Shown here piece by piece: positions 51,180-61,631 of a stretch of DNA of 64,000 nt. The translations under genes and the position numbers were made by a program. The stretch covers positions 36,394,001 to 36,458,000 of the forward strand of contig CM052837.1 of assembly GCA_028534125.1 (NCBI GenBank), in the 5' to 3' direction. The number at the start of each line of letters is the position of its first letter. Position 1 is the stretch's first letter. The notes beneath the pieces were generated by a model. It was not told where the DNA came from, searched no databases, and was given only the letters and a program-made list of their open reading frames with translations. The DNA is from Lama glama. Taxonomy: Eukaryota.

Positions 51180-52485
51180 AAACGGCAGCTGGCTCAAAAT
51201 GCGTCGAAGATCTAAGTGTGAGACCTGAACAGTAAAACTCTCACAAGAACATGGGGCACAAACCCCCAAGCTGGAATCTGGCAGCAGTTCCTTGGCTGTG
51301 ACACCAAAGGCACAAACAACAACAACAAAACAGACAGATGGGACGGCATGAAAAGCTAAGCATTTTCTGTGCTTCAGGCATGATCATCAGAGTGAAAAGG
51401 CAGCCCCAGGACGGGAGAAAATGTTTGGAAACCGTGCATCTGCTACCAGATTAATAGCCAGGATATATAGCGTCCTCCTCAAATTCAGTAACAGCAGCAG
51501 CAATAAAAAACCAACCTGACTCAAAACTGAGCGAGACGGGGAGCCGGCGTGCAGCGGCAGAGCGCGTGCTTGCCGCGCCCGGGGTCCTGGGTTCAGGCCC
51601 CAGTACTTACATCAAAAAAAAAAAAAAAAGCAAGAGCTTACCAAACACTTCTCCGAAGAAGACACACATGTGGCCAACATGCACATGGAAGCATGCTCAG
51701 CTTCATGAATCATCAGAGACGAAAACCGAAATGAGAGGCCACCGCACACACGTTAAGGTGGCTACTGTCAAAAAGACAGAAAACAGAAATACAGAAGGCC
51801 ACCCAGAAAGCAGCAGGCTTCGGCGAGCATGTGGAGCAACAGGAGCAATTGCGCGCTGCTGGCGGGAACGAAACGACGACAGCCACTGTGGCCAGCAGAA
51901 TGGTGGTTCCTCAAAAAATTAAAGACAGAACTACCACGTGACCCAGCAACTCCATGTGAGTGTTTACTCAAAAGAATTGAAAGCAGGGTCTTGAAGAGAC
52001 ATCTGTGCGCTCGCGTCCACAGCCGCATCATTCAGCTGAATCGTGGAAGCAGCCCCAGCGCCCACGCTGAGGGCTGGACAAGCAAACTGCGGTCTGTGCG
52101 CACATGCCGCGGGAGGGTACTCAGCCTTAAAAGGGAAGGAAGTTCTGACCCAGGCCACAGTACGCATGAAACGTGAGGACGCTGTGCTGAGTGAAGAAAG
52201 CAGTCACACAAGGACACAGCCTGTGTCAGCTCCTGTATGTGCGGTGCCGAGAGCCGTCAGGTTCACAGAGGCAGAAGGCAGGTGGTGCCGGGAGGGCTGG
52301 GTGTGGGGAGCTGGTGTTGAAGGGACGGAGCTTCAGTTCTACAAGATGAAAAGCGTCTGAAGATGGACGGTGGTGACGGTTTCCCAACACTATGAACGTA
52401 TTTGCTACCACTGAACTCGACACTTGAAAGTGATCGAGGCGGTAAATTTTCTTTATGTGTATTTTACCACAATAGAAACAAATTG
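51180..52485 (+). mobile_element. Decayed LINE-1 3' portion (L1MB-like), interrupted by a SINE
   Basis: ORF2 C-terminal remnants (QPLW, WWFLKKLKTELPRDPA); 3' end tgtattttaccacaat. Confidence 0.9.
51538..51629 (+). mobile_element. tRNA-derived SINE resembling camelid vic-1
   Basis: About 76-nt tRNA-like head (gggga...agcggcagagcgcgtgctt...gtcctgggttcaggccccagtac) plus an A16 tail, with degenerate flanking repeats agcgaga/agcaaga. It splits a colinear L1 segment. Confidence 0.75.
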
Positions 52486-52589
52486 GAAGACCATCATCAG
52501 TGGCTGGCAGGGGCTCCGGAGGAGGGAGGGCCGGGCAGGCAGGGCGCAGAGGGCGGCGCTGCGGGACGGAGGCGAGCCTTTCAGCGTTA

Positions 52590-52820
52590 GTCTCAGCCGT
52601 GGGGCTACGAGACCACGAGTGCACCCAGATGTGAACCGCGGGCGACAGGACATGTCTGGGCGGGAGCCTGGATTACAGCCAGTGCATCGGTCTGGGGGTG
52701 TGGGTGGTGGGGAGGCTGTTGGAGGGGGCGTATGGGAACTCTGGGCTTTCTGCTCGGTTTTTGTGTGAACCTAAAATTGCTCTAAAAAAGAAAGTCTGGT
52801 ATTAAAAAAAAAAAAAAAGA
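52590..52820 (+). mobile_element. L1 3' end (L1MC1-like) with poly-A tail
   Basis: tatgggaactct...tgtgaacctaaaattgctctaaaaaagaaagtc followed by an A-run. Confidence 0.75.
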
Positions 52821-52834
52821 AAACAACAAAAACC

Positions 52835-53060
52835 ACCTCCAAACCGTCCTCCCACATGGCTGTGCCGTTCTGTATTCCCAGCACCAAAGACTTCCCGGCT
52901 CTTGGCATTGTGCATTTTCTGGTGTTTTTAGCATTCCCATAGGTGTGTTTTAATTTGCATTTCCTTTATGAGTAGTGACATGGCTTTTCCGGCGTGTCTG
53001 GCCATGTGTACACCCTCCTCGTGAAACGTCTGGGCATGTTTTTTGCCGACTTCCGTGTTG
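52835..53060 (-). mobile_element. Old L1 fragment
   Basis: ggctgtgccgttctgtattcccagca...gttttaatttgcatttcc matches the antisense L1 ORF2 end. Confidence 0.7.
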
Positions 53061-53587
53061 GACCCTCCTGAGCCCCACAGGCACCGCACACCCTGCCCTT
53101 CACTGGAGGGGGCTGGTGAGGCTCAGGAAGAGCTGCAGCGTCTGCTCTTTTGTTTTGCTGTGGCTGCCGGTGGTCAGGTGCACATGGCCAGGGTCACAGA
53201 GCCCACGGCTGGGGCGGGCACACAGACTGACCTGCGTGATGCCCGGCCACCTGTATCTTGTTTCCTACTATTGATTTTCCATGGGAAGTATTGAAAGTGC
53301 ATAAAGCTTGGGCATTTTTTGAGCCACCCCAGGACACAGGCTCCCTTGGCTTGAGGGGAGGAGGTGCTCATTTGGGGGCCCCTCCCAAGTCCCTGCCTTC
53401 AGGTATCTGGAAAGCTGGCTTCCCTGTGACCTCTGGGGGCAGCTTTTTAACTTTCCAAGACTGAACAAGTGGCCCCTGGCCTGCCGGCCTCTCTCTAGGG
53501 AAGCCAGATTGGGCTTTGTTTTCGTGCCCGGCTTCATGGAGCGCGGCACGCTGCAGTCTGCGGGCAGTGCACGTGCTCACACGCCGC

Positions 53588-53820
53588 AGCAGTGCTTTCC
53601 GTTGGCCCTTCCCCGCCTCGGTCTCTGGAGCCCTTTAGATCCTCAAAAATTACCAAGGACCTTTTGTGTAGGTGGGTTTTATCTGTGGGTAATTACCATA
53701 TTAGAAATTTTAAAATATACATTAACTAATTTAAAAAATAACAAACCCATTTCTTATTAACACAAAATAATATTCTTAAATGAAAAACAGCTATATTTTC
53801 CAAAACAAACAAACAAAAAA
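53588..53820. mobile_element. hAT-Charlie (Charlie1-like) DNA transposon terminal fragment
   Basis: cagtgctttc...ccctttagatcctcaaaaattaccaaggac...ttaccatattagaaatt resembles the remembered Charlie1 end; AT-rich. Confidence 0.6.
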
Positions 53821-53829
53821 GAGTGAATC

Positions 53830-54030
53830 TTAGACCACAAGACAATGGATACAGAACTTGAGGTACTTTGTCCATTAGAATATTATTCAGGAGTGAAGAT
53901 GAGTGAGTTAGAGCTATGAATACCAACATGAATAAATCTTAGAAACGTTGAAAAGAAAGATTCTTTTCCCTTTTATACCGTTTATGAAAAGCTTGGTAAA
54001 AACTTCTACGTATGCATACGTAGACAGTAA
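53830..54030 (+). mobile_element. Old L1 (L1ME/MC-like) fragment
   Basis: aatggata...gaatattattcag...caacatgaataaatctt resembles the L1 ORF2 terminus. Confidence 0.6.
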
Positions 54031-55700
54031 GCCATCAAGCCGGGTGGGGGGACGGAAGCACGCAGGCCCTGCCGCGGGGAGGCGGTGGCCAGCGCCACCG
54101 GCGGCCTGGGCGTGGGAGGGGAGGGCGCAGCGCTCCGCAGGGCAGACGTGTAGACGACGGGGAAGATGCAAGAGCTGGGAGGGCACCCTTGCGCTTCTCT
54201 GCCTAGCTTCTCGGAGGACGCGGCCCTCACTCTGTTCTGACCCCGCTCATCAGCCTCCGGAAGCTGCACGCGCAGACAGGGAATGAGGGGCAGCCACGTC
54301 CGCACTGTCATGGGGGGTCGGGGGCGTTGTGGAGCGGGGTCTGGGGGCGCCGGGCGGGACCACTGCCTGAGTCCGCGCTGTGCGCCGCACGCGCCCCCTC
54401 GAGGCCACCGCTGGTCCGGCCGGCGGTGCTGTCCACGCACCCGCGTCCGGGGCTGCGGTCGGCCACCTGTCCCACGGCACGCAAAGCCGCCCCGCCCGGC
54501 CCCAGCGGGCTAGGATCCCCCTCCCCTGACCCGGTGACGGCCTCTCTTACGTCTCGGGAGCCGGCGTCCCGCACTGACAGCCAACCCGCGAGACTCTGCC
54601 TCTCGCCCCGCAGGTGCCCCCGCCCGGCCCCGCCCCGCTACCCGGGTCCAACGGCCACCGCTCGGCCCGCGCTCTCCTGGCCGTTTCCGGCGCCGCCGCC
54701 AGGGGCCGCCGCCGCGCCCCTATGACACAGCAACAATAGGGGCCGCTCTAGTCCGCGTATCCCTCGCCGGCGCTTCCGCCGGAAGAGAGCGGCAGGGGCG
54801 GGGGCGGGCCTGGCGGGGCGATGAGCGGCCGCTCTCGCCAATCGCCCGCGGGCCAGCGCCCGCCCCGCGCCGACGCGGCCCAATCGGCGGCGAGAGCGGC
54901 GGGTGGGGCGGGGCTAGAGGGGTCTTCCGGCGGGGCCCGGCAGGCGCCGAGGAGGAAGAGCGAGCCCGGACGGCGCCTCTCGGCCGAGTGTCGGCGCGGG
55001 CCAGGTGCGGGGGGCGCCGGGGGCGGGGACGGTTACAGGGCGGCCGGGGGCGGGGCCTGCGCTGTCGGCGGCCCCTGTTCGGGCGCTGGGTCTCCGGGGG
55101 CCGGAGGGGCTGGGCCGGGGGCCGTGCGCGGGCGGGGGCTCTCGGGGCCCGGACTCTTGGCCAGCCCGGCCGCCGCCCCCCCCACCCCAGATGCTCGGCC
55201 CCGCCGCCCAGCGCGCAGCCGACGGCGTTGGGCATTGGGCAGTGAGGTCTGCGGGGCGGGGGGGGGCGGCCCGGCCCGGCCCCCGCGGGGAGACACGGCG
55301 GAGTTCCCCCCGCTGCTCGGCTTTTCTTTTCTAAGGGAGCGCTGCAGCCTGCCGGGCCCGTGTCCGTCAGAAACGAGGTGTTGGCAGTGTCTCTGCCCGG
55401 TGCAAGGTTTTAAATTCTCCGGAGCTGCAGATTTAAAAGTTTATTTTTAAAAGTACGGAAAGTGGTGTTGAGGAGGGTCCCCGGCTCCGATGCGGTTTGG
55501 ATGTAGAGGTTATAATTGTTCTTTGTGAAACGTGAGAAGCTGGGAACCTGGCTCCTCGGGCTCAGGTACTGCCCGGCTCGGGTCCACCCCGGCGCGAGCT
55601 TCGCAGCAGGTGTCGGACAGCTCACGCCCGCTCACTTGCTCCCAGCATGGTCGAACCCGGGGGTCCGGAGAGAGGGGCTTCCACTCCGCCCGCGACGCTT
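54000..55700. promoter_or_regulatory. ADRM1 CpG-island promoter
   Basis: Dense CpG. CCAAT at 54838 and 54880, several GGGGCGGGG boxes, ETS palindrome at 54773-54785, ARE-like element at 54722-54732. Confidence 0.9.
54930..55004 (+). other. ADRM1: ADRM1 non-coding exon 1 (5' end approximate)
   Basis: Donor CAG|GTGCGG at 55004/55005, downstream of the CCAAT and GC boxes. Confidence 0.65.
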
Positions 55701-55767
55701 CACACTCGAGGAAGAAGTTAGGGTTTCCGTGGTAGTGACGGGTCTGCGCGCTGATCCCTCTTTCAGG

Positions 55768-55980
55768 ATGACGACTTCAGGCGCTCTGTTTCCAAGCCTA
55801 GTGCCAGGCTCCCGTGGGTCCTCCAACAAGTATTTGGTGGAGTTTCGAGCAGGAAAAATGTCATTAAAAGGAACTACTGTCACCCCAGATAAACGGAAAG
55901 GGCTTGTGTACATTCAGCAGACGGACGACTCCCTCATTCACTTTTGCTGGAAAGACAGGACATCTGGTAACGTGGAAGAC
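55768..55980 (+). CDS. ADRM1: ADRM1 (proteasomal ubiquitin receptor RPN13) coding exon 1, Pru domain
   Basis: tttcag|G ATG; [31 protein letters not shown]...[11 protein letters not shown]|gtgagt. The nine coding exons sum to 1224 nt = 407 aa plus stop. Confidence 0.98.
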
Positions 55981-56707
55981 GTGAGTGTCTGGTGGCCTGC
56001 CCCTCGTCTTAGGACTTTAAGGACACACCTAGTCTTCAGAACAGTGCGGTGTTTACAAAGGGACACCGCAGTCTGGGCGCAGGGCGGCTGTTGTGCAGTG
56101 TGGAGTGTGGGTGGGATATGTGGAACCCTGGGTTTGGTCCTCTCATCAGCTGTTTCCTTTTGCTTATGGGTCTTTCTCATCTCAACCATTGTACAGATTT
56201 CTCCTGTCGATGTGTTTGTTCCCTTTCAGCTCTGGAGATGAGGTTCCTAGAATCAGAGAAGCTGTTTAGAGGCCCTCGCCTCAGCCCTTCAGAAAGCTTT
56301 CTCTAGAGGACATTTTGTTTGGGGTTCTTTGTTCTTCAGACTCAATCATTTTTTGTTAGGTTCGAGAGCAGGTCAGGGTTGGCTTTTTAACTCATCTTAG
56401 AATACTGCTCCCAAAGTGTCTCTACTAAAAATTCCTCAAGACCTGCAAGCTCTCTTTCCCTGTTGAGCACTGAGCCCCTCTCCTGGCCCTCCCGCCCTTC
56501 TTGGGGTGCCCCCGACCCTGGCTTACCTGCCCTGCAGAGACCCTGCTGGTGAGGGGCTTGGCAGACTTGCCCGTCTCTGTGTCCTGTGTCCTCCCCTCCC
56601 CACCCCCACACACTAGACACAGGATCCGGCATGTTTTCCTGGACGTTCTGGGGCTCGACGATGCTGTTTTTGTGACGTCGACTGCCTTATCCTCTGGCTT
56701 CTTGCAG

Positions 56708-56824
56708 GATTTGATCATCTTCCCTGATGACTGTGAGTTCAAGCGTGTGCCGCAGTGCCCCAGCGGGAGGGTCTACGTGCTCAAGTTTAAGGCGGGGTCC
56801 AAGCGGCTCTTCTTTTGGATGCAG
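56708..56824 (+). CDS. ADRM1: ADRM1 coding exon 2
   Basis: ttgcag|GAT...ATGCAG|gtttgt; [39 protein letters not shown]. Confidence 0.98.
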
Positions 56825-58100
56825 GTTTGTGGATTTTCTTTGCATTTTATCTTTTCTCCCTGTCACAAAATGAGGCTAGGAACTTGCTTCCTGGATGGTA
56901 GGATTTGCGTTCACAAATCAGCTGGTGCTGACAAAACACCGTTGGCCTAGAACCTGGTAATTCTAATGTGTCTCCTTTTGGTGGGGGCATGGGGGCCATG
57001 GAGGGTCCAGACTCTTGTCACTGGGCTTCAGGTGCCCTTTCGAGGTACAGGATTCCCTGGCTGACAGACCACAGTGATTTTCGGGTTGGGTCCCGTCTCT
57101 GCCTGTAATTGCGTGGCTCCCAGTGCCCTGTCCAGGGTTGCGAGGAGCCCGGACCAAAAGCCTGGTGGCCGTGCGTGGTCTCGCTGCCCGCCCTCCGCTG
57201 TGGCGCGCTCTGGGTGCAGTAGGGCTGCCTCGTGCCCCCGGAGGTGGGCTTGCTCGTGCAGTTGGTGTGCGTGTGCGCGCAACTTCTACGGATGTCGCCA
57301 GACTCCCTCCACAGGGGCTGAACTCCTGCCCTCCCCCCAGTACTTTCTAGAAAAGGGCAGGAAAGGTTTTCCCCTTCGTGGGCTGCGTGGCCTGTGTCGC
57401 ACCTGCTCACCTTTGCCAAAGCTGTGTGACAGGGGCGTGGACAGCAAGTAAATGAATGTGTGCGGCCGTGTTGCTATAAAACTTCATTTGCAAACAGATG
57501 GGGTTGTGGTTTGCCAGCTGCTGGCAGAGAGCTTGTTTCTTCAGTTTCACCAAGAAAAGCTGTCAGACTTAGAGCACATGTTTTTCGGTTCCCTCTGCCT
57601 CGAGGGTGGGGACTGTGTTTCGCCCCCCTGCCCTGTGTCCCCGGGTCCCCAGGCCCACGGCACGTGCTTAGTGACCATTGAGTCGTGGGTGCTGTCTCGC
57701 AGTTCTGGGAGTGCTCACAGGGTGGCGCTGCCTGGTGAGCCCTGCACCCCCGGGTGCTCAGTCGGTGCCCAGCCGACTGCGGGCCAGGACTGGTCAGTGG
57801 GCAGCAGTGTGAGGAACGGGTTGTCTCATTGCATCCCATGTGTTGAGGGAGAGTTCGTGGTTTTCGTTGAGTAAGGAGCTGCGTCCTGGTGGGCGGCGGG
57901 GCGGGATCTGCGTGGGGCGTGCCCCTGGGGCTTGGGTTTCTCATCTGTACGCAGGGCGCCAGCTCCTGCGGGCACGTCAGACCGATGTTCTGGTCCCCAC
58001 CCTGCAGGGCCTCTCCTTGGTGTGAGTGCCTCAGGCTCCTCGCCTCTAAGGTGCTCCGTGACCGGGGCTGCTCAGGGTGCCCGTTGAATCCTCCCCGCAG

Positions 58101-58224
58101 GAGCCCAAGACGGACCAGGACGAGGAGCACTGCCGGAAGGTCAACGAGTATCTGAACAACCCCCCGATGCCCGGCGCCCTGGGCGCCAGTGGGAGTGGAG
58201 GCCATGAGCTCTCCGCACTGGGCG
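58101..58224 (+). CDS. ADRM1: ADRM1 coding exon 3
   Basis: ccgcag|GAG...GGCG|gtaacg; [28 protein letters not shown]... Confidence 0.97.
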
Positions 58225-58508
58225 GTAACGGTCCCCTCCTGCCAGGACGTGCTGTGAGGTCGGAGGGGATTTCAGATGGCGCGGGCCACTCGTTAAATGA
58301 ACATGGAGGCTTCCCAGTTAGAAGCTCCTCTCCCCAGTTGCAGAGTCAGTACCCGCCCAGTGATGAAGCAGTGTGCGAGCCTGCTGGTTAGCTCGTGCTG
58401 GGGGGCACTCGCTGGGAGCTCGGCAGCCACCAGGGGCCAGCCCCGGGCCGCCGCGGTGGGCGCGCTTTGTCCGCTGGAAGCCCAGGTCTGAGCGGCTGTG
58501 TCTTCCAG

Positions 58509-58595
58509 GCGAGGGCGGCCTGCAGAGCCTGCTGGGGAACATGAGCCACAGCCAGCTGATGCAGCTCATCGGGCCTGCCGGCCTCGGAGGACTGG
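58509..58595 (+). CDS. ADRM1: ADRM1 coding exon 4
   Basis: ttccag|GCGAG...CTGG|gtaact; [28 protein letters not shown]. Confidence 0.96.
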
Positions 58596-59084
58596 GTAAC
58601 TGCCCACTGCCCCGGGGCCTGGTCCTGAGTCGGACAGCTGCCACCTGTGTTTCCTTTAAGCGTCTACCTAGCTGTTTGAGCAGCGTCTGAATGCTTGTCC
58701 TGTGTGCTGGTGTCCCTGGGGAAGGGCCTGGTTTGCCTTAGCATTGGAGCTGGGAGCTGGGCCTTCAGGGCCCCTGCCCAGGGCCCCCTCGTCTGCCTGC
58801 CTTCTGCCACCTCTTGTCCAGCTCAGGGGCTTGTTGCTTTGTGTTGGACTTGGACTGCACGTTACTTGACCCCAAGCGCCTTAGCAGGGGTGGCACAGTG
58901 GGGATCTTACTTACCTGGTAGCCCTTACTCTGTGGCCGCCCCAGCTGTGCTGTGGTCACCACCTCCCCCGTTTGTCCCTTGGCTTTAGTGTGGGGTCTTT
59001 CTGCTCCTTTGGCGAGGGGTGGGGGGAGAGGTGGGCTCTCATTCTGGGCGCAGGTCTGAGTGCATGTCTCCTTGCTCCTCGTAG

Positions 59085-59166
59085 GTGGGTTGGGGGCCCT
59101 AACTGGGCCGGGCCTGGCCAGCTTGCTGGGGAGCGGAGGGCCTCCGGCAAGCAGCTCTTCATCCAG
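59085..59166 (+). CDS. ADRM1: ADRM1 coding exon 5
   Basis: tcgtag|GTGGG...TCCAG|gtgagc; GLGALTGPGLASLLGSGGPPASSSS. Confidence 0.95.
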
Positions 59167-59351
59167 GTGAGCCTCATGCCCACATCCTTGGGCGCCACCA
59201 GGTGTCCCCTCTGAGGAGGAGGCTGGATGTCGGAGACACAGAGGGACAAAATAGGCACCTGGGGGGTGGGGGGGATCCTGGCAGCATGGGGATGTGTCGT
59301 GGCACCTCTGTGGGGGCGTCGCTGCTCCAGTGTGGACTCCCCTCTTCCCAG

Positions 59352-59584
59352 CTCCCGGAGTCAGTCGGCAGCGGTCACCCCATCCTCCACCGCCTCCTCC
59401 ACCCGCGCCACCCCAGCCCCTTCTGCTCCAGCAGCTGCCTCAGCAACCAGCCCGAGCCCCGCACCCAGTTCAGGTAATGGAACCAGCACGGCAGCCAGCC
59501 CAACCCAGCCCATCCAGCTGAGCGACCTTCAGAGCATCCTCGCTACCATGAACGTGCCGGCCGGGCCAACAGGCGGCCAGCAAG
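59352..59584 (+). CDS. ADRM1: ADRM1 coding exon 6 (Ser/Ala/Pro linker)
   Basis: tcccag|CTCCCGG...CAAG|gtaaca; [12 protein letters not shown]...[26 protein letters not shown]. Confidence 0.95.
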
Positions 59585-59789
59585 GTAACACGGCTCCTTG
59601 GCTGCAGCTGGGGGTGAAGGTACCCCCGCCCACCGACTTTCCCAGGCCTGGGGCTGCGCTGCTGCCCTGCATCTGTGCTCCTCGCCAGGCCACACCTGGT
59701 AGTCCCCTGGCTCGGGGTCTGGCGTGCTCCTCCCACGGGGGCCTCTGGGCTGACCTTCAGCCGCTGATGGCCACACGCCTGTGCCCTAG

Positions 59790-59947
59790 TTGACTTGGCC
59801 AGTGTGCTGACGCCCGAGATCATGGCCCCCATCCTCGCCAACGCGGACGTCCAGGAGCGCCTGCTGCCCTACCTCCCCTCTGGGGAGTCGCTGCCGCAGA
59901 CCGCAGAGGAGATCCAGAACACGCTGACCTCGCCCCAGTTCCAGCAG
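59790..59947 (+). CDS. ADRM1: ADRM1 coding exon 7 (DEUBAD domain)
   Basis: ccctag|TTGAC...CAGCAG|gtaagc; [29 protein letters not shown]...TSPQFQQ. Confidence 0.97.
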
Positions 59948-60066
59948 GTAAGCCGTGGCCCTGCGCCCCCACTGTGCGTGCTGGGCGGGGGACGCCGCCC
60001 AGCCGCCCGCAGTGTGGCAGGGCCCTGCCGAGCGTGACCTCAGAGGAGCCGGCTTCTCCTTCGCAG

Positions 60067-60169
60067 GCCTTGGGCATGTTCAGTGCAGCCTTGGCCTCGG
60101 GGCAGCTGGGCCCCCTCATGTGCCAGTTCGGGCTACCCGCCGAGGCCGTGGAGGCTGCCAACAAGGGCG
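60067..60169 (+). CDS. ADRM1: ADRM1 coding exon 8
   Basis: tcgcag|GCC...GGCG|gtgagt; [34 protein letters not shown]. Confidence 0.97.
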
Positions 60170-60328
60170 GTGAGTACCTGCCCGGCTGCCTTGTGGCTGC
60201 GGCCGAGCCCGGGTTGCTTCTGTCCTTGTAGCTGGAGGGCATGGGGTGGGGTCCTGCCTCCCCGCCCCTCGGTCAGTGGCGCGGGCTGCGCTCAGGGAAG
60301 GTCGGCTCACGTCCTTCACGTGTTGCAG

Positions 60329-60435
60329 ATGTGGAGGCGTTTGCCAAAGCCATGCAGAACAGTGCCAGCCCCGAGCAGCCAGAGGGCGATGGCAAGGACA
60401 AGAAGGACGAGGAGGAGGACATGAGCTTGGACTGA
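60329..60435 (+). CDS. ADRM1: ADRM1 last coding exon, to TGA
   Basis: ttgcag|ATGTG; [35 protein letters not shown]. Confidence 0.97.
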
Positions 60436-60545
60436 GCCGTCTGCTGCCGCCGGGGGCTGGGGGCCGGGGGCCGGGCCATGCGACCGCAGCAGTGGCTCCT
60501 GCGATGCCCCGCGCACCCTCGCACCTCCATCCCCACTTGCTAATC

Positions 60546-60551
60546 AATAAA
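60546..60551 (+). terminator. ADRM1 polyadenylation signal (AATAAA)
   Basis: AATAAA about 110 nt after the stop, followed by T-rich and GT-rich sequence. Confidence 0.88.
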
Positions 60552-60773
60552 AGTCTTTTCTTTTATCTGCCAACTTGGGTTTGTCTGCGTGCCCGGGGCA
60601 CCGTGCCGGCCCGTCCTCACTGTGGCCAGATGGGAGCTGCGGTGAGAAGCTTCTCCAGGTTTCTGAGGGGCGGTCCTTCCGGGGCGGGGACCCCACGCCA
60701 GGCAGAGCTACCTGTCTGACAGCTTTTCTCTTTTCAAAGTCAAAGTCAGCACTCAGTTACGTGGAGTTAACTT

Positions 60774-60779
60774 TTTAAT
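60774..60779 (-). terminator. Candidate LAMA5 polyadenylation signal (ATTAAA on -)
   Basis: tttaat on +. No minus-strand AATAAA was seen between the LAMA5 stop and the ADRM1 end; a weaker GATAAA lies at 60897-60902. Confidence 0.6.
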
Positions 60780-61156
60780 TTTTGTTTTAAGCAGCAGGGA
60801 CCAGTGGTTTACAGGTCTCTCGTACTATTAAAATGGGTGGAAAGAAAATCTCACATTACACTGAAAGATAAAAAGTATAAAAACCGTCTTACAGTATTTA
60901 TCCTTTCGTTTAGAAAATCAAACATAACTTAAACCATTTCCAGAAATAAGACTCATAACCTGTAGAACCTGGAGTCTAGATAAATACACACAAACCTCCT
61001 CTGTGAAACGGGCTGCGGGCGGTGCTGTCGGCAAGTTCTGTGGGGGGGCTGGGGTTGAGGAGCAGGACCCTGCCTGATGGGCGGCCCACCTGGGGGTCCT
61101 GCAGACCCTCCTGCGTGGAGACCACCGGTTCTGGCAAGGGTCCGGGGGCAGCTGTG

Positions 61157-61320
61157 CTACGCGGCAGGGCAGCCGCTGGCCCCCACAGCCCCCTGCAGGC
61201 GGGCAGAGCGAGGCAGGGCCACTGGGGAGCGGTTCACCTCCAGGTTCCTCATGCAGCCGAGGTAGACTGGAGGCTGAGGGCGCGTCCAGGTGGGGGGCCC
61301 AGCCTGCGTGGCCCTGGATT
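61157..61320 (-). CDS. LAMA5: LAMA5 (laminin alpha-5) last exon coding part, LG5 C-terminus
   Basis: Minus strand cccag|AATCC...; ESRATQAG...[35 protein letters not shown]. Confidence 0.93.
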
Positions 61321-61511
61321 CTGGGTGCAGGGGAAGAGGGAGGGAGGGAGGCAGGTTGGCGCAGAGGCCGGGCCCTACCAGCACCCCCACCAGGCCTGTC
61401 TCCCTGGATGTCCCCTCACAGGAGGATAGGATGAGAGCAGGTGACCCCAATGCCCAGTCCCCAGGGGCAGCTCCCTGCCACCACTGTCCCCCAGGCCGAG
61501 GTCACACTCAC

Positions 61512-61631
61512 CAGGCAGGCCCCCGAGGTGCAGAGGCACCAAGGTGTCAGCCGAGGCCACGGGCGTGGGGCCAAGGGTGCGGTTGCCTTGCAGGTCCACT
61601 TCCAGCCGGAGGGCGCGCCCCACCTTGGTCA
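61512..61631 (-). CDS. LAMA5: LAMA5 exon (last-1), LG5
   Basis: cgcag|TGACC...CCTG|gtgagt; [13 protein letters not shown]...PLHLGGLP. Confidence 0.95.

Noticed and set aside
55516-55767. In-frame upstream extension of ADRM1
   Set aside because: It starts at TTG, has no ATG, and lies in intron 1 before a strong acceptor at 55766.
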